From the NCBI GenBank assembly GCA_964036045.1, contig OZ038378.1:165478001-165542000 (forward strand): 64,000 nucleotides of DNA, read 5' to 3'. The DNA comes from Eutreptiella sp. 'Long Island Sound 2002' (lineage: Eukaryota; Protista; Euglenida). The stretch's first letter is position 1. Each line of letters begins with the position of its first letter. Below, in pieces: positions 62,601-64,000 of this stretch. The position numbers were made by a program, and so were the translations under genes. The notes under the pieces are model-generated. The model made no database searches and was not told the DNA's origin. It saw only the letters and a program-made list of their open reading frames with translations.

Positions 62601-63892
62601 CGGCAAAGGGCAACGAAGTCCTCCCTCCCCATGCCGCATTCTCGATTGGAAAAGGCGGTGCTGCGGGAGGCGGTTTTTGCCAGTTAAGAAGCGCTTTTGG
62701 CGATTACCAAGCAGTTTTGCTGGCTACAAAGCGGTTGGCAGGGGTTGGGGGTGTTTCATATCAAGAAGTGCTTGGTCCCCGTCCAGCAATTCCCTGCCCC
62801 ATTCATCAGGAGGGCGCTGTCTGCATGGGTCCTGTGCACTTTCCGCGGCAAATGCCCGCGGAACACATGGTCGGACCCCCCCTCCAAGGAATGCAAACGC
62901 ACCAAAAGGTCACGCAGCAACACGGCTCGCCAGTGGCCCTCACCGACCGTGGATGCCTTTCTGTCACCAAAGAGGGACGGACGGGTGACCTGTGGGTTAG
63001 ACACCGACACGGATGCAACATTGTTGGCTGCCGTTATGCGCTGACTGCTGGACAGGGGATTGCCTTACCAGGGGGGCAGGGGGGCTTGGCGGGGGGGGCT
63101 GGGGGGGCGAAATGGATGGCCAATTGGCTGGACCCACCCACCCACCCACCCACCCATGTCAGGAATGTTTCTCTCAAATAAAGAATGATTTACGAGGCTG
63201 GAAACTTGGGGTTTGTTGGCTCTTCCTCTTGTCACGAGGTCTCATTCACAAAAGACAGATGGTGAGAGGCGGTTGCAAGTGCCCTACTCTCTGAAACCCA
63301 TCAGTGGTACCGTTGATCCAGCAGCAGGCCATTGCTGAGTGACCGGAATTTCTACTCTGTTGAGCACCTCAAAATGCCCCAGGGTTTCTATTTTGTTGAG
63401 CTTCTGAGGTGGGGGTAGGGGGATGGGGGCGGGGGGTTGGGTCTGAGCCCCCCTAAAACAAAATTCTGCACCTGAAACTAGCCAGAGTGAGTAGTTGTAC
63501 TGGGCGCGCACCGGGTGAGGTGATGATCCCGGGGACGGGCGGGTTGTGTCCTGCCATTTCACGCTTTCAACTCTCTTCAACGCAGGGTTGCACTCCGTTG
63601 CCCTGAGAGTTGTGCCGCGCGCACGCCCCATCGGGTGCTCCCCCCATACCTCCGTCGTTTTCTCTGTCCAATGGTCACGCACTTTCTTTTTGGGATCGCC
63701 CGTGACCACCTGCCGCACTAACTTCATCGGAGCGTCGACCTCTCGGACCTTGCGAACGAGTTTTTTGGCGTCGGTGAAGATTTCGGTGCGACTTGGGATG
63801 CGCCTCCGGAGCTGTGACTCTGTGGCAGGCTCGGGCTCGGGCTCAGGCTCGGGCTCAGAGGGTTGTTCAGGGCCGCTGCTATCGCATGAGGA
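39395..63892 (-). CDS. GPC1: Glycerophosphocholine acyltransferase (GPC1/GPCAT, DUF2838), spliced gene, 8 exons in window (1464 nt, 487 aa plus stop); 5' end probably outside window
   Basis: Exons 63892-63650, 62530-62434, 59847-59672, 58223-58023, 57243-57157, 52159-51968, 41005-40859, 39715-39395 join through GT-AG introns in consistent phase. The joined ORF has the family motifs [68 protein letters not shown] and [13 protein letters not shown]. Confidence 0.93.
40859..41005 (-). CDS. GPC1: GPC1 exon (VIFWTVQ...WNGANYYIE)
   Basis: ggcag|GTC acceptor, GAG|gtatcg donor; 147 nt; WNGAxYYIEVF family signature. Confidence 0.93.
41101..41316 (+). repeat. Interspersed repeat family B, in a GPC1 intron
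   Basis: Matches 5314-5597 without the internal insert. Confidence 0.9.
41495..42973 (+). mobile_element. Gypsy/chromovirus LTR retrotransposon 3' fragment (integrase plus chromodomain, putative 3' LTR)
   Basis: [51 protein letters not shown] and chromodomain [18 protein letters not shown]; one in-frame stop. Purine-rich aggaggcgg precedes TGGTAC(42751)...GTACCA(42973). Confidence 0.85.
44038..45209 (-). pseudogene. Truncated hAT (ZNF862/ZBED-like) transposase with N-terminal tandem PHD-like fingers
   Basis: Cys/His fingers [21 protein letters not shown] and [16 protein letters not shown]; frameshift near 44790; TTF-type finger [21 protein letters not shown]; first catalytic Asp region [11 protein letters not shown]; ends before the rest of the DDE core. 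Confidence 0.75.
45350..45910. repeat. About 205-bp tandem repeat x3 inside the hAT element
   Basis: Recurring aagcccctaaatgcctccttctcgagccgggg..aagctcgagg..ggatcttcactcgtcttgcc and ttgttcacaaatatt..gaatggcacgcaaagcacg; a 52-bp subunit is duplicated in the first copy. Confidence 0.85.
47195..47407. mobile_element. Putative MITE
   Basis: Terminal inverted match gatgcattggaagg / ccttcctgtctaatgcatc; internal poly-C and aaccgc motifs. Confidence 0.45.
48815..48892 (+). promoter_or_regulatory. tRNA-derived internal Pol III promoter (not a functional tRNA)
   Basis: A-box TGGCCAAGCGG (48823) and B-box GGTTCGAATCC (48870). Confidence 0.6.
49570..49642 (+). promoter_or_regulatory. tRNA-derived internal Pol III promoter (not a functional tRNA)
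   Basis: A-box TGGCCGAGCGG (49578) and B-box GGTTCGAATCC (49621); no acceptor-stem pairing. Confidence 0.6.
51968..52159 (-). CDS. GPC1: GPC1 exon (VLYIVNTE...ETMKTK)
   Basis: cgcag|GTT acceptor, AAG|gtatgt donor; 192 nt, phase 0/0. Confidence 0.9.
52272..52430. repeat. Compound (CA)n/(CACG)n microsatellite
   Basis: Directly visible. Other (CA)n tracts at 31383-31432, 31543-31580 and 56562-56607. Confidence 0.95.
52950..54890 (-). mobile_element. Penelope-like reverse transcriptase relic, copy A (near-complete RT, a few stops and frameshifts)
   Basis: Motifs in order: [59 protein letters not shown], then a thumb-like region. ADKG, LYxLPK and GxPMGS equivalents are typical of Penelope-like RTs. 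Confidence 0.7.
54940..55880. mobile_element. Penelope-like RT relic, copy B: minus-strand segment (about 55310-54940) abutting a plus-strand segment (about 55310-55880)
   Basis: Minus: [46 protein letters not shown]. Plus: [45 protein letters not shown]. Both align by eye to copy A. Confidence 0.65.
55985..56110 (+). mobile_element. Third short fragment of the same Penelope-like RT family
   Basis: [22 protein letters not shown] aligns to copy [22 protein letters not shown]. Confidence 0.55.
57157..57243 (-). CDS. GPC1: GPC1 exon (DAMCDPQ...YYAVWQ)
   Basis: tgcag|GAT acceptor, CAG|gtgtgc donor; 87 nt, phase 0/0. Confidence 0.88.
58023..58223 (-). CDS. GPC1: GPC1 exon (VAMLLNIF...SVFLHSLG...WEE)
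   Basis: tctcag|GTG acceptor, GAG|gtgtgc donor; 201 nt; [24 protein letters not shown] motif. Confidence 0.93.
59672..59847 (-). CDS. GPC1: GPC1 exon (FMLGVLGL...[11 protein letters not shown])
   Basis: tctcag|GA acceptor, CAG|gtgctg donor; phase 1/0; conserved YFLxDFCY motif. Confidence 0.93.
62095..62170 (-). repeat. tRNA-like SINE head in a GPC1 intron
   Basis: Minus-strand TGGCACGGCGG (62164-62154) and GGTTCGAACCC (62119-62109) at tRNA-like spacing; imperfect stems. Confidence 0.45.
62434..62530 (-). CDS. GPC1: GPC1 exon (VKGKVRE...KFFDKTG)
   Basis: ccag|GTC acceptor, ACC G|gtgcgt donor; phase 0/1; the split codon G|GA gives FFDKTGFMLG. Confidence 0.88.
63650..63892 (-). CDS. GPC1: GPC1 exon (most 5' seen): N-terminal low-complexity region with EPEPEP repeat
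   Basis: Acceptor cacag|TCC and donor GAG|gtatgg; 243 nt, phase 0/0, open frame SSCDSSG...KTTE that joins the next exon in frame. Confidence 0.75.
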
Positions 63893-64000
63893 CTGTGTCG
63901 AAAGATGGGGTGCGCAGAAGCAAAGCAGCAGGCACTTTCCAGCCCCACACCACCCACCCCAGCGGTCAGGAGTTGCCGAGCAGACCGCCCACCTCTCGCA

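Noticed and set aside
39395-63892. Euglenid non-canonical introns in GPC1
   Set aside because: All seven introns reconstruct with GT-AG ends and correct phase, so no non-canonical junction is needed.

Overview
Repeat-rich eukaryotic genomic DNA with long GT-AG introns, frequent G/C homopolymers and (CA)n tracts. The style suggests a large-genome protist (euglenid-like), but this is inference. Genes were reconstructed by hand and all lie on the minus strand: (1) a glycerophosphocholine acyltransferase (GPC1/GPCAT, DUF2838), 8 exons over 63892-39395 with every splice phase consistent, 5' end probably outside the window; (2) a 173-aa three-exon coiled-coil gene resembling CCDC28 (21660-10771); (3) an orphan terminal exon encoding a Ku70-like SAP domain (23488-23306); (4) a symmetric phase-1 exon encoding a 6-Cys PAN/apple-like module (1042-779). 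Introns and intergenic DNA contain a hAT element with exact TIRs and 8-bp TSD whose transposase has PHD-like fingers, a CGGBP-type hAT relic, a chromodomain Gypsy integrase, Penelope-like RT relics with an FR(D/N)N motif instead of YxDD, RNase H and tyrosine-recombinase relics, MITEs, palindromic elements built from convergent tRNA-like A/B-box arms, tandem tRNA-headed SINE-like units and a 3.4-kb 40-bp satellite with an internal inversion. No CRISPR array, rRNA or intact tRNA was found. Family assignments rest on remembered motifs, not database searches.
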